A stretch of 26,508 bases of DNA from an uncultured bacterium. GTDB taxonomy: Bacteria > Bdellovibrionota_B > Oligoflexia > Oligoflexales > RGVZ01. The stretch lies in the NCBI GenBank assembly GCA_963923405.1, contig CAWUNT010000001.1:1-26508 (forward strand), read 5' to 3'. Within the stretch, counting starts at the first letter, position 1. Every line of letters starts with the position of its first letter. The translations under genes were made by a program, and so were the position numbers. This document shows positions 9,433 to 17,641 of the stretch, piece after piece. Below the pieces are notes generated by a model. The model saw nothing but the letters and a program-made list of their open reading frames with translations, made no database searches and was not told the DNA's origin.

Positions 9433-9547
9433 TTTCAACTCCAGATTGCCGGCCAGATCGGCCGTGAGTCCCCCATCTTAGAAGCTGTGGTAGAATATTT
9501 CCAAGCCAAATTTGGACCTTGTGACCAACCAGGCCCCGGAGACCGCC

Positions 9548-10945
9548 ATGTCAACGAAACTGGGTCAACTCCTCGTCACCGAAGGGTTGCTATCCGAACA
9601 GGACCGCAAGACCATCCACGAAGCCTCCGGCAGTGCCGCCGGCGCTTTCGCCAAAGGCATCCTCGCGCTTGGACTGCTCGACGAGGACGAACTCGCCGCA
9701 TTCATCGCGGACCGCACCCACTACCGTATCGCCGCGAAGGACATCTTCTCCGAGGTTGACGACCGGGCCCTGGGCGCGATCGACACGCCCCTCTTGCGCC
9801 AGTTGGAAGTCCTGCCCCTGCGCCTCGATGCGAACGTTCTCGTCGTCGCCATGATCGACCCGCTCGACCGTTCAACGATCCATCAAGTGGAATTTTTCAC
9901 GGGCTGCAAAGTACGCCCGCTGATCGCGACCTTGCGACAAGTTCGCAGTGGCCTGTCCCGGCTCATCCCGGGATACAAGCCGGTGCCGTCCGCCTTTGAA
10001 GTATTCATGGAAACCCACATGGGCGGTCTGAAATCCAGCCTGTCGAAAACCGGCAAGGCCCGTGAACTCGTCGCCCGGTTCCAGGGCGGTCCATCGACCC
10101 CGCAGCCTGCCCCCCAGCCAGTATCGCCGGCCGCGAGTCCTGTCGCCCCCGCGCGACCGGCAGTCGATGTTGATCCAGCGCTGGACCTCGCGGCCGCCGC
10201 GGCCCCGGACAGCCCCGGTCCCGAAATCGATGTGGCCGCCGGGATGGACGCGGCCACGCCGGTACAGGAAGAGACGGCACCGCCGGCACAGGAAGACACT
10301 CCAGCGATCCTGCAACCGCAATTTGCCGCCCCGCCAGCCGTTGCCTCTGATGAGGCCGGCGCCAACAAGGCCTTGCTGGCCCTGAACAAGAGAATTCTCG
10401 AAATCTCCGTGGAGAAGGACACGGCCGCGGCGTTGAAGGTTCTGGTGGAAGGACTTTTTACCGCAGGAATTGAATCCGGCGCGATCACCATCCATGCGCC
10501 CGCTGAAGGCGACAAGCCCGCGCGGGACAGTGGCGCCATATGGTCCGGCAAGGAATCGCTCGCCAACGTCGCGACAGGCGAGTTGACCGGAGACACGACC
10601 GGCCAACTGATCGCGGCCATTATCGGTTACGCGCCTGAATCGATGGAGTCAGACGGCTGGCTTCAGATTCCTGGCGAAGACGCGGCCGGGGTCAAGGCGG
10701 CCCTCGACATGATCACTTCCAGGGTCGATTCGTCGGATTCCGGAATGACGCGCGCCGCCATCGAGTCTTCCATCGCTGGATCGGAAAGCGTCCTGATGGC
10801 CCGCGCCCTGAAAATGAAAGGACAATCCCGCGATCTTGTAACCCTTCTCGTCTGGCCAAACGGCAGCGCCGGTCACGACGCGTTGCGGGCAGCAGTGTCG
10901 AACGCGCTGCGCGCCTATGCCCAGATTGTCGATCAGGGTTCCTGA
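9548..10945 (+). CDS. Stand-alone MshEN (GspE N-terminal) domain protein with Pro/Ala linker and GAF-like C-terminus
   Basis: KLGQLLVTEGLL motif and LPLRLDANVLVVAMIDPLD (GspE-N); no Walker A/B; GGAG before ATG 9548. Confidence 0.8.
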   Translation: MSTKLGQLLVTEGLLSEQDRKTIHEASGSAAGAFAKGILALGLLDEDELAAFIADRTHYRIAAKDIFSEVDDRALGAIDTPLLRQLEVLPLRLDANVLVVAMIDPLDRSTIHQVEFFTGCKVRPLIATLRQVRSGLSRLIPGYKPVPSAFEVFMETHMGGLKSSLSKTGKARELVARFQGGPSTPQPAPQPVSPAASPVAPARPAVDVDPALDLAAAAAPDSPGPEIDVAAGMDAATPVQEETAPPAQEDTPAILQPQFAAPPAVASDEAGANKALLALNKRILEISVEKDTAAALKVLVEGLFTAGIESGAITIHAPAEGDKPARDSGAIWSGKESLANVATGELTGDTTGQLIAAIIGYAPESMESDGWLQIPGEDAAGVKAALDMITSRVDSSDSGMTRAAIESSIAGSESVLMARALKMKGQSRDLVTLLVWPNGSAGHDALRAAVSNALRAYAQIVDQGS

Positions 10946-10977
10946 TCTCTGCCGGGGTGAAACTGGCTGTGTGGGAA

Positions 10978-11102
10978 AAGAGCTGGCCGACTGGATTGGG
11001 GGATCAACGGGAGCTTTCAACGGGGTATCAACAAAACGCAGCTTCAGCAGGATCACCCGGGTTTTGAATCCAGGTGAAGGTGGTCAGCCGACCAGCTCTT
11101 GC
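10978..11102 (-). ncRNA. Candidate sigma54-dependent small RNA (about 125 nt)
   Basis: ORF-free intergenic region; 16-bp terminal helix (11100-11085 with 10993-10978) fully paired only on the minus strand via 2 G-U; starts at the predicted TSS of the promoter at 11113-11129. Confidence 0.6.
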
Positions 11103-11112
11103 GGGATCCTTG

Positions 11113-11129
11113 AGCAGTGAACGTGCCAG
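11113..11129 (-). promoter_or_regulatory. sigma54 -24/-12 promoter
   Basis: Minus strand CTGGCACGTTCACTGCT (GG-N10-GC, perfect TGGCACG). Confidence 0.7.
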
Positions 11130-11219
11130 ACGCGAATCCAGCCAAAAACCTCATAAATACGGTAACTTGAATGATGCCCAACGTGCCCGCGCCACACCTT
11201 TCTTGCCTCTCGTGCGAAC

Positions 11220-12479
11220 ATGCGACCAAACATTGAACAGAAAGACGCGTCCGGGCGCCGACTTGTCGGCCTCCTTGCCTTCGTCCAGTTCGTCAACATC
11301 CTCGACTTCATGATGGTGATGCCTCTTGGCCCTGATTTCAGCGCCGAACTCGGAATCCCCACATCAAAACTGGGAATCGTCGGCGGCAGTTACACGGCCG
11401 CGGCAGCCATCAGCGGGCTGGTATCGGCATTCATCCTGGACCAGTTTCCGCGCAAAAAAGCCCTCATGACCGTGGTGACAGGCCTCTCCGTTGCCACGTT
11501 CGCCGGGGCATTCTCGACTGGCCTTGATTCCCTGCTGGCCGCGCGCGTCCTGGCGGGCTGTTTTGGCGGACCCGCGTCGGCCCTGGCCCTGGCGATTGTC
11601 GCGGACGCCATTCCTGTTTCCCGGCGTGGCCGCGCCCTGGGTGTCGTCATGGGGGCCTTTTCAATCGCCTCGATCGCGGGCGTACCAGTGGGCCTGGAAC
11701 TGGCCCGCGCCGGAGGTTGGCGCGCTCCGTTCATCGGAGTCGGCGCCCTGGCCCTGATCGCGGTCCTCGGCACCTGGCTTTTCATGCAGGAACCCGCGAT
11801 TCCACAGCGGGCGCCAGGACTCCCGGGGGCCCCTCGACTGACGGTCAGGAAGTTGCTGGCGCAGTTTCGCAAACGCGATCACTTGATTTCCCTGGCGCTG
11901 GCGGGGACTGTCATGTTCTCCGGGTTCATTGTCATCCCGAATATCGCCGCTTTCGTACAAAAAAACCTTGGCTACCCGCGCGAGAAACTCGGCTTCATGT
12001 ACATGGCCGGAGGCTTGGCGAGCCTCGTGTCGATGCAGATCGCGGGGCGCCTCACGGACCGCGTCGGCGCGCTTGCGACGTCCGCCTTTGGAACGGCTGT
12101 GCTGCTCACCGCCCTGATCTTCGGTTTCGCGCACCATGAACCGGCCTTCACCCCCGCTGTCATCGCGGGCCTGTTCATGACCGGGACATCGATTCGCGCG
12201 ATCTCGTTCAACACGCTGACCAGTCGCGTGCCACAACCCAACGAGCGCGGCGCCTTCATGTCCGTGCAGTCAACCATGCAGCACGTCGCCTCGGCCAGCG
12301 GCGCGTTCGTCTCTTCGCATTTGCTGACTTCAGATACCGATGGCAAACTTCTCGGAATCGAGACGGTGGCTGGAATCTCGGTCGTCATCTCACTTTGCGT
12401 ACCCGTGTTGATCCAGATCCTGGAAAAACAAATCGCGAAGCGCGAAAAAACAAAGCTCGACGAGGCTATACGAAGTTGA
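11220..12479 (+). CDS. MFS transporter (drug:H+ antiporter-like)
   Basis: About 12 TM helices; motif-A-like regions (LDQFPRKKAL; GRLTDRVG); GCFGGPASALALAIVAD..PVSRRGRALG. Confidence 0.88.
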   Translation: MRPNIEQKDASGRRLVGLLAFVQFVNILDFMMVMPLGPDFSAELGIPTSKLGIVGGSYTAAAAISGLVSAFILDQFPRKKALMTVVTGLSVATFAGAFSTGLDSLLAARVLAGCFGGPASALALAIVADAIPVSRRGRALGVVMGAFSIASIAGVPVGLELARAGGWRAPFIGVGALALIAVLGTWLFMQEPAIPQRAPGLPGAPRLTVRKLLAQFRKRDHLISLALAGTVMFSGFIVIPNIAAFVQKNLGYPREKLGFMYMAGGLASLVSMQIAGRLTDRVGALATSAFGTAVLLTALIFGFAHHEPAFTPAVIAGLFMTGTSIRAISFNTLTSRVPQPNERGAFMSVQSTMQHVASASGAFVSSHLLTSDTDGKLLGIETVAGISVVISLCVPVLIQILEKQIAKREKTKLDEAIRS

Positions 12480-13777
12480 CTGACGCGCGCCCTCACCCAG
12501 ACCAATCCCCGTCACGCGGCAAACCCGGACTGACCTTCTGGATCATCGTTGCTCTTGCCGCGGGAGTTGTTGCCGGATTGATCGCCGGTCCTCCGGCGGC
12601 CGTGTTGGGCGACCTGGGCAAACCCGTCATCAGCATGGTCAAGACCGTCGCGACCCCGCTGGTTTTTTTCGCGATCATTGACGCCGTCATCACCACGCAT
12701 GTCCGGGGCAGGAGTTTTCTGCGCCTCGCCGCGCTCACCACTTTCAATGGCTGCCTCGCGCTGGCGATTGGCCTGTCGCTGCACGCCCTTCTCGCGCCCG
12801 GTGACGCCCTGAAGGTCCTGACCGCGTCCAGTGCCAGCGCCCCGGTCGAGAATCTGGCCAGCGCGCCGACAGCCCCCGTGATGTCGATTGACCTGCAGAA
12901 GGTCCTCGATGGCATCGTCCCGAGGAGCATCGTCGATCCGTTCCTGAACTCCAACGTCGCGGCGATCGTCATCCTGGCGCTCCTCGCCGGATTCGGCCTG
13001 CGCGCGCACGCCGCGACCTCCGGTGAAGCCCGCGCGGCAGTGGACCGGTTGGCCGCCATCAATCACACAATGCTCAAAGGCACCGAAAACTGCATCAAGT
13101 GGGTTATCTGGCTGGTTCCATTCGCGGTGTTCGGGGTCTCGGCCAAGTCCGCCGGCGAACACGGACTGCGCGCCTTCACGGGGCTTGGTTATTACGTGGT
13201 CGTCGTCATGGCGGGATTCGCGATTCAAGTCGGGGTCGTCTATTCCGCGTGGCTCAAATTCTATTGCCGCCGCTCCCTCGCGGAATTCTGGCGCCTCGGA
13301 AAAAAGCCGTTTCTTTATGCCTTCGGATGCAATTCCAGCCTCGCCACGTTACCCCTGACCCTGACCACTTTGGACGACCTGAAGGTTTCGCGGCAATCCT
13401 CAACCCTCGCGGCCTGCGTCGGGACCAACCTCAACAATGATGGTATAATTTTATACGAAGTGGTCACCGCGCTGGCCGTGGCGTCTGCCAGCGGTATCGA
13501 TCTGGACATCATCCACCAGATCACCTTGGCGGGATTGTGCCTCGTCGCCGCCATGGGCGTGGCCGGGGTACCGGAAGCTGGCTTTGTCTCTCTATCCCTG
13601 GTCCTGACGACCTTGAATCTGCCGACCGCCAGCCTGCCCCTTCTACTCAGTGTGGACTGGTTGCTGGCGCGCGCCCGGTCATCTGTCAATACGGCCAGTG
13701 ACATGGTCTGCTCCGCCGTTCTGGACCGGATGGACCAATCGGAAATCGAGCCAGCGAAACTCAGGGTAAGTCACTGA
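12476..13777 (+). CDS. Dicarboxylate/amino acid:cation symporter (DAACS, GltP/DctA family)
   Basis: HP1 AFGCNSSLATLP, TM7 GTNLNNDG, HP2 AMGVAGVPEAG, TM8 VDWLLARARSSVNTASD; probable TTG start overlapping the MFS stop (TTGA). Confidence 0.88.
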   Translation: MTDARPHPDQSPSRGKPGLTFWIIVALAAGVVAGLIAGPPAAVLGDLGKPVISMVKTVATPLVFFAIIDAVITTHVRGRSFLRLAALTTFNGCLALAIGLSLHALLAPGDALKVLTASSASAPVENLASAPTAPVMSIDLQKVLDGIVPRSIVDPFLNSNVAAIVILALLAGFGLRAHAATSGEARAAVDRLAAINHTMLKGTENCIKWVIWLVPFAVFGVSAKSAGEHGLRAFTGLGYYVVVVMAGFAIQVGVVYSAWLKFYCRRSLAEFWRLGKKPFLYAFGCNSSLATLPLTLTTLDDLKVSRQSSTLAACVGTNLNNDGIILYEVVTALAVASASGIDLDIIHQITLAGLCLVAAMGVAGVPEAGFVSLSLVLTTLNLPTASLPLLLSVDWLLARARSSVNTASDMVCSAVLDRMDQSEIEPAKLRVSH

Positions 13778-13905
13778 TCGTATAGTGGTTTCCCGCCATA
13801 ACAATCGTCACAAAGTTATGTCACATTAGAACTGTACCCAGGTCATATTTCTGACCGGGGCGTTTCATAAAAAATTGACTTTCAACAGTGAGACGACTGA
13901 CTGCC

Positions 13906-14532
13906 ATGAGTGACGCAAAAGTCTATCTAGTTGACGATGACGAATCATTCTGTTCCGTCGTTGCGAGCCTGCTCAAGTCGGTTAGAATCCAGTCGGAAAC
14001 GTACTGCTCCCCGAAAGATTTTCTGAAGGCATTTGAAGGCAAAAGTGAACACATTCACAACGCCTGCGTGATCCTCGACATGCGCCTCCCGGAAATCAGC
14101 GGACTCGACGTTCTCGAGAAAATCACGGCGGATCCATTGTGTCCCCCGGTCATCATGCTGACCGCGCACGCCGATGTCCCGTCAGCCGTTCGCGCCATGA
14201 AATCCGGCGCGTTCGACTTTATCGAAAAACCTTTCTCCGGCCAGGCGCTCGTTGACCTGGTCCAGAAAGCCATCGACGCCGACCGCGCCAAGCGCGGAAA
14301 GATGCGGCAGACGCACACCCTCATGGCGCGACTCGCCAGCCTTTCAAAACGCGAACGCGAGGTCCTGGACCTGGTGGTCGCAGGCAAGGCCAGCAAGCAA
14401 ATTGCCGAGGAACTCGGCATCAGCATCCACACGGTGGACAATCACCGCGCGCACATCATGTCGAAGATGAAAACCGACTCACTTGCGGACCTGGTCCGCG
14501 CGGCTGTTTCAGCCAAAACCAAGGGGCCCTGA
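13906..14532 (+). CDS. FixJ/StyR-type response regulator (REC + LuxR HTH), no adjacent kinase
   Basis: VYLVDDD, CVILDMRLP, LTAHADVPSAVRAMKSGAFDFIEKPF, LSKREREVLDLVVAGKASKQIAEELGISIHTVDNHRAHIMSKM. Confidence 0.92.
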   Translation: MSDAKVYLVDDDESFCSVVASLLKSVRIQSETYCSPKDFLKAFEGKSEHIHNACVILDMRLPEISGLDVLEKITADPLCPPVIMLTAHADVPSAVRAMKSGAFDFIEKPFSGQALVDLVQKAIDADRAKRGKMRQTHTLMARLASLSKREREVLDLVVAGKASKQIAEELGISIHTVDNHRAHIMSKMKTDSLADLVRAAVSAKTKGP

Positions 14533-14550
14533 ACGGGCCCCATTTTTTTT
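14521..14550 (+). terminator. Intrinsic terminator, probably bidirectional
   Basis: GGGGCCC-TGAAC-GGGCCCC followed by A and T8; loop contains the regulator stop codon; the minus strand continues UUGGUUUU; lies between convergent genes. Confidence 0.85.
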
Positions 14551-14557
14551 GTCCGGC

Positions 14558-17500
14558 TCAATACTCGACGTCCGAGGATTTTCCAGGCATCAGGCTGTAA
14601 AAACACGGGACCACGAGCAACGTCAGGAATGTCGAAACCAGAACGCCACCAATCACCGCGACGGCCATGGGTGCCCTGGTCTCCGCGCCAGGGCCAAAAG
14701 TCAGCGCCGCCGGTACCGCCGCCACGATCGTTGAGAACGACGTCATCAGGATCGGGCGCAACCGCGTCGGACAGGCCTCGATCAGCGCCTCGCGCACGTC
14801 AAGCCCGGACTCACGGCGCTGGTTGGTGAAGTCGACGAGAAGGATCGAGTTCTTCTTGACGATACCCATCAGCAAGATGATGCCGATCGCGCTGTAGACA
14901 TTGACGCTCTGGTCCGCGATCAGCAACGCCACAAGGGCACCTGTGATCGAGAAGGGCAAAGCCAGCAACACAGTCACGGGATGGATGAAACTATTGAACT
15001 GCGCGCCCAGCACCATGTAAGCGACCGCGATGCCGAGCAACAGCGCAAAGATCAAACCACTGAAGGCTTCCTTGAACGATTCCGAGCTGCCACCTGGTAC
15101 CAGGCGGTAACCATCAGGCAAGATTGCTGAGATGTCGGTTTTCAATCGCGCGATCGCGTCCGCCTGGGAAACTTTGGGCGCGAGGTTCGCGTAGACGGAC
15201 ACGGCGCGCTCCCGGTCCTGACGACTGATGGCGGTCAATCCCTTCTCGACCGTGATTTTCGCGACTTCGCCCAGCGGAATGAGCTCGCCGCGATTGTTGC
15301 GCAACATCACCCTCTTGAGATCGTCAGGCTTGGCGCGTTCGGAGCCCTCGAGCCGGACGCGAACATCATACCGGTGCCCGCCGCCACTGAAAGCGCCCGC
15401 CACGGTCCCGCCGAACAGCGCGCCAACCGTCTCACCGATATCCGACACGCTGACGCCACGGGCGGCGGCCTTCTCGCGATCCGGTACAATGTGAACCTCG
15501 TCGACGAGACCACGGAAGTCGCTGTCAATGTCCACGACGAGCCCCGATTGTTCCATGGCCTTCTTGACCTTTTCCACCACCTCCATCAGTCCCTTCCAGT
15601 CCGGACCGCGCAGGTTGAACTCGACCGGATAGCCTCGCCTGCCGCCAAAACCACTGAGAGACAGGTCTTGCACAAATGCCTTCACGCCTTTGACCTCGGC
15701 CAGGTCCTTGCGCAGTATGGTCGCGTAATCCTGTTGCGTCCGGTGCCTTTTCAGCTCCGGATCAACTGTCCGTTCGTTCAGCGGTTTCAAGGTGACAAAA
15801 AGGATCGCGGAATTCACGTCACCACCACCAAAGCCTCCGACCGAACCGAAATAGCGCGCCACATCGGGATTCGTCGCCAGACGACTCTCGATCTCCGCCA
15901 TCTTGCGATCCGTGTAATCCAGCGACGATCCTTCCGGCGCCTTCAACCGGATCAGCAAGGATCCCTGATCCTGAGGCGGAACAAATTCCTTGCGGAGAGG
16001 CTTGAACAGGAAAAGGCTGGCACCGAAAAGCGCAAGCGAGATGCCCAGGGTCAGCCAACGACGATCCAGGATCCACGGCAGGATCCGTTTGTACCACGCG
16101 GCCATGCCATGGAACGACGCCTCCACGAGCTGACCCGTCCTTGTCGCGCGCGGGCCGACGTAGAGGAATTGCGAACAGCGCATCGGCGCCAGCGTCAGGG
16201 CCTCAAGCAGCGACAGCAGCACCGCGACGGAAATCGTCACGCCGAACTGAAAGAAATATCTGCCGATAAGGCCCTTCATGAAAGCAACCGGCAAGAAGAT
16301 CGCGACGACGGCGATCGTGGCTGCCAGAGCGGCAAAGCCGATTTCCCGGGAGCCATCGACCGCGGCCTTGACCTTGCCTTTTTTCATCTCCCGGTGCCGG
16401 ACAATGTTCTCAAGAACCATGATCGCGTCATCAACAACAATCCCGATTGCCAGGGAAAGCCCAAGCAACGTGAAGATATTCAGCGTAAATCCCAACGCTT
16501 TGAGCACCATGAAACTGCCGATGACAGAAGTCGGGATGGCCAGGATCACGTTGACTGTCGCCGACCATGAACCGAGGAACAACCAGCAGACAAACGCGGT
16601 CAGGAGGGCTGACAGGACGAGGGTCAGGTTCAACTCGTCGATGCTCTCCTCGATGAATTTCGTGGAGTCGAAATTGACGCCGATATCCATCCCTTGAGGC
16701 AGGGACTTCTGGATTTCCTGCAAACGTTTCTTGACCGCGATTCCGACACCTACCGCGTTCGATCCCCGCTGTTTCTTGATCCCGAGTCCAACGGCGGCGG
16801 CTCCCATCGCGCGACTGCGCCGCCGCGCGTCGGCAAGGCCGTCCTCGACACTGGCGAGATCCCGGAGGCGGATATTGCTGAAGACCGGTCCGCCACCACG
16901 ACGCGAAATGGGCAGCGACGCGAGTTCCTCAGCCGATGTTGCCTCGCCCAGGGTCCGGATCGAAATCTCGCGATCGGGATTTTCAATCCGGCCAGCTGGC
17001 AATTCAATGTGCTCTGACCGGATCGCGTTCACGACATCAGATACCGTCATCGCGTACCTGGACAACTTGTCGTTGGACACACTGACCCGCATCGCGGGAT
17101 CGATCAGGCCTCCGAGCATGACATCGGCGACGCCCGGTACGGTCAGGAATTTGGCGCGCAACTGGTCGCGTACGAAAGCCATGAGTTCCCGGCGCGGCAT
17201 CGTCTTGGATGACACCGCCAGCCACAGGATCGGCTGGTCTTCCGGATTGGATTTGGAGACGCTTGGAACCTCGGTATCCCGTGGCAGGCGACGCTGGATC
17301 TGCGCCAGTTTCGTCTGGATTTCCTGCACCGCGATGTCCAGGTCCTTGTTCAAGTCGAACTCAAGGGTCACGCTGGCGGATCCTGGGCGCATGGAACTCG
17401 AGATCCCGGTGATGCCCTCAACCGAGATGACCGCGTTCTCGATGGGATCAACGACGTCAGCCTCCATCACTTCAGGCGACGCGCCTTCCAGTGAGGTAGA

Positions 17501-17641
17501 AATGGAGACCATCGGAAAGTCGACGTCCGGCAATTGACTGATGCCCATCCCGCGGAAAGAAATCGTCCCGAAAAGGATAAGGCTGATCATGAGCATCCAC
17601 GCGAATACCGGACGGCGGATGGAGATTTCTGAAATATTCAC
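14558..17641 (-). CDS. RND efflux transporter permease (AcrB/AcrD/AcrF family)
   Basis: 1027 aa; SIRRPVFA, LPDVDFP, GIVVDDAIMVLENI, GIVKKNSILLVD, RLRPILMTS (proton-relay D, D, K, R, T intact); GTG start overlapping the TolC stop (GTGA), SD GGGAGGGG. Confidence 0.95.
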   Translation of the reverse strand: MNISEISIRRPVFAWMLMISLILFGTISFRGMGISQLPDVDFPMVSISTSLEGASPEVMEADVVDPIENAVISVEGITGISSSMRPGSASVTLEFDLNKDLDIAVQEIQTKLAQIQRRLPRDTEVPSVSKSNPEDQPILWLAVSSKTMPRRELMAFVRDQLRAKFLTVPGVADVMLGGLIDPAMRVSVSNDKLSRYAMTVSDVVNAIRSEHIELPAGRIENPDREISIRTLGEATSAEELASLPISRRGGGPVFSNIRLRDLASVEDGLADARRRSRAMGAAAVGLGIKKQRGSNAVGVGIAVKKRLQEIQKSLPQGMDIGVNFDSTKFIEESIDELNLTLVLSALLTAFVCWLFLGSWSATVNVILAIPTSVIGSFMVLKALGFTLNIFTLLGLSLAIGIVVDDAIMVLENIVRHREMKKGKVKAAVDGSREIGFAALAATIAVVAIFLPVAFMKGLIGRYFFQFGVTISVAVLLSLLEALTLAPMRCSQFLYVGPRATRTGQLVEASFHGMAAWYKRILPWILDRRWLTLGISLALFGASLFLFKPLRKEFVPPQDQGSLLIRLKAPEGSSLDYTDRKMAEIESRLATNPDVARYFGSVGGFGGGDVNSAILFVTLKPLNERTVDPELKRHRTQQDYATILRKDLAEVKGVKAFVQDLSLSGFGGRRGYPVEFNLRGPDWKGLMEVVEKVKKAMEQSGLVVDIDSDFRGLVDEVHIVPDREKAAARGVSVSDIGETVGALFGGTVAGAFSGGGHRYDVRVRLEGSERAKPDDLKRVMLRNNRGELIPLGEVAKITVEKGLTAISRQDRERAVSVYANLAPKVSQADAIARLKTDISAILPDGYRLVPGGSSESFKEAFSGLIFALLLGIAVAYMVLGAQFNSFIHPVTVLLALPFSITGALVALLIADQSVNVYSAIGIILLMGIVKKNSILLVDFTNQRRESGLDVREALIEACPTRLRPILMTSFSTIVAAVPAALTFGPGAETRAPMAVAVIGGVLVSTFLTLLVVPCFYSLMPGKSSDVEY

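Noticed and set aside
10951-10967. Hairpin GCCGG-N7-CTGGC after the MshEN gene as a terminator
   Set aside because: Only 5 bp and no U-tract.
10946-11219. Known RNA families (6S, SRP, riboswitch ahead of the MFS gene) for the structured intergenic region
   Set aside because: No SRP CAGG..GGAA..AGCAG core. Short 6S-like words (GATCCTTGAGC, CCACCTT) do not build a ~180-nt closed rod on either strand. No riboswitch consensus recognised. An Rfam scan is still needed to exclude them formally.
13875-13886. TTGA-N3-TCAA as an FNR box
   Set aside because: Spacing and half-sites do not match TTGAT-N4-ATCAA.
15374-16570. 398-aa plus-strand ORF
   Set aside because: Entirely antisense to the RND gene, no recognisable motifs; a typical high-GC shadow frame.
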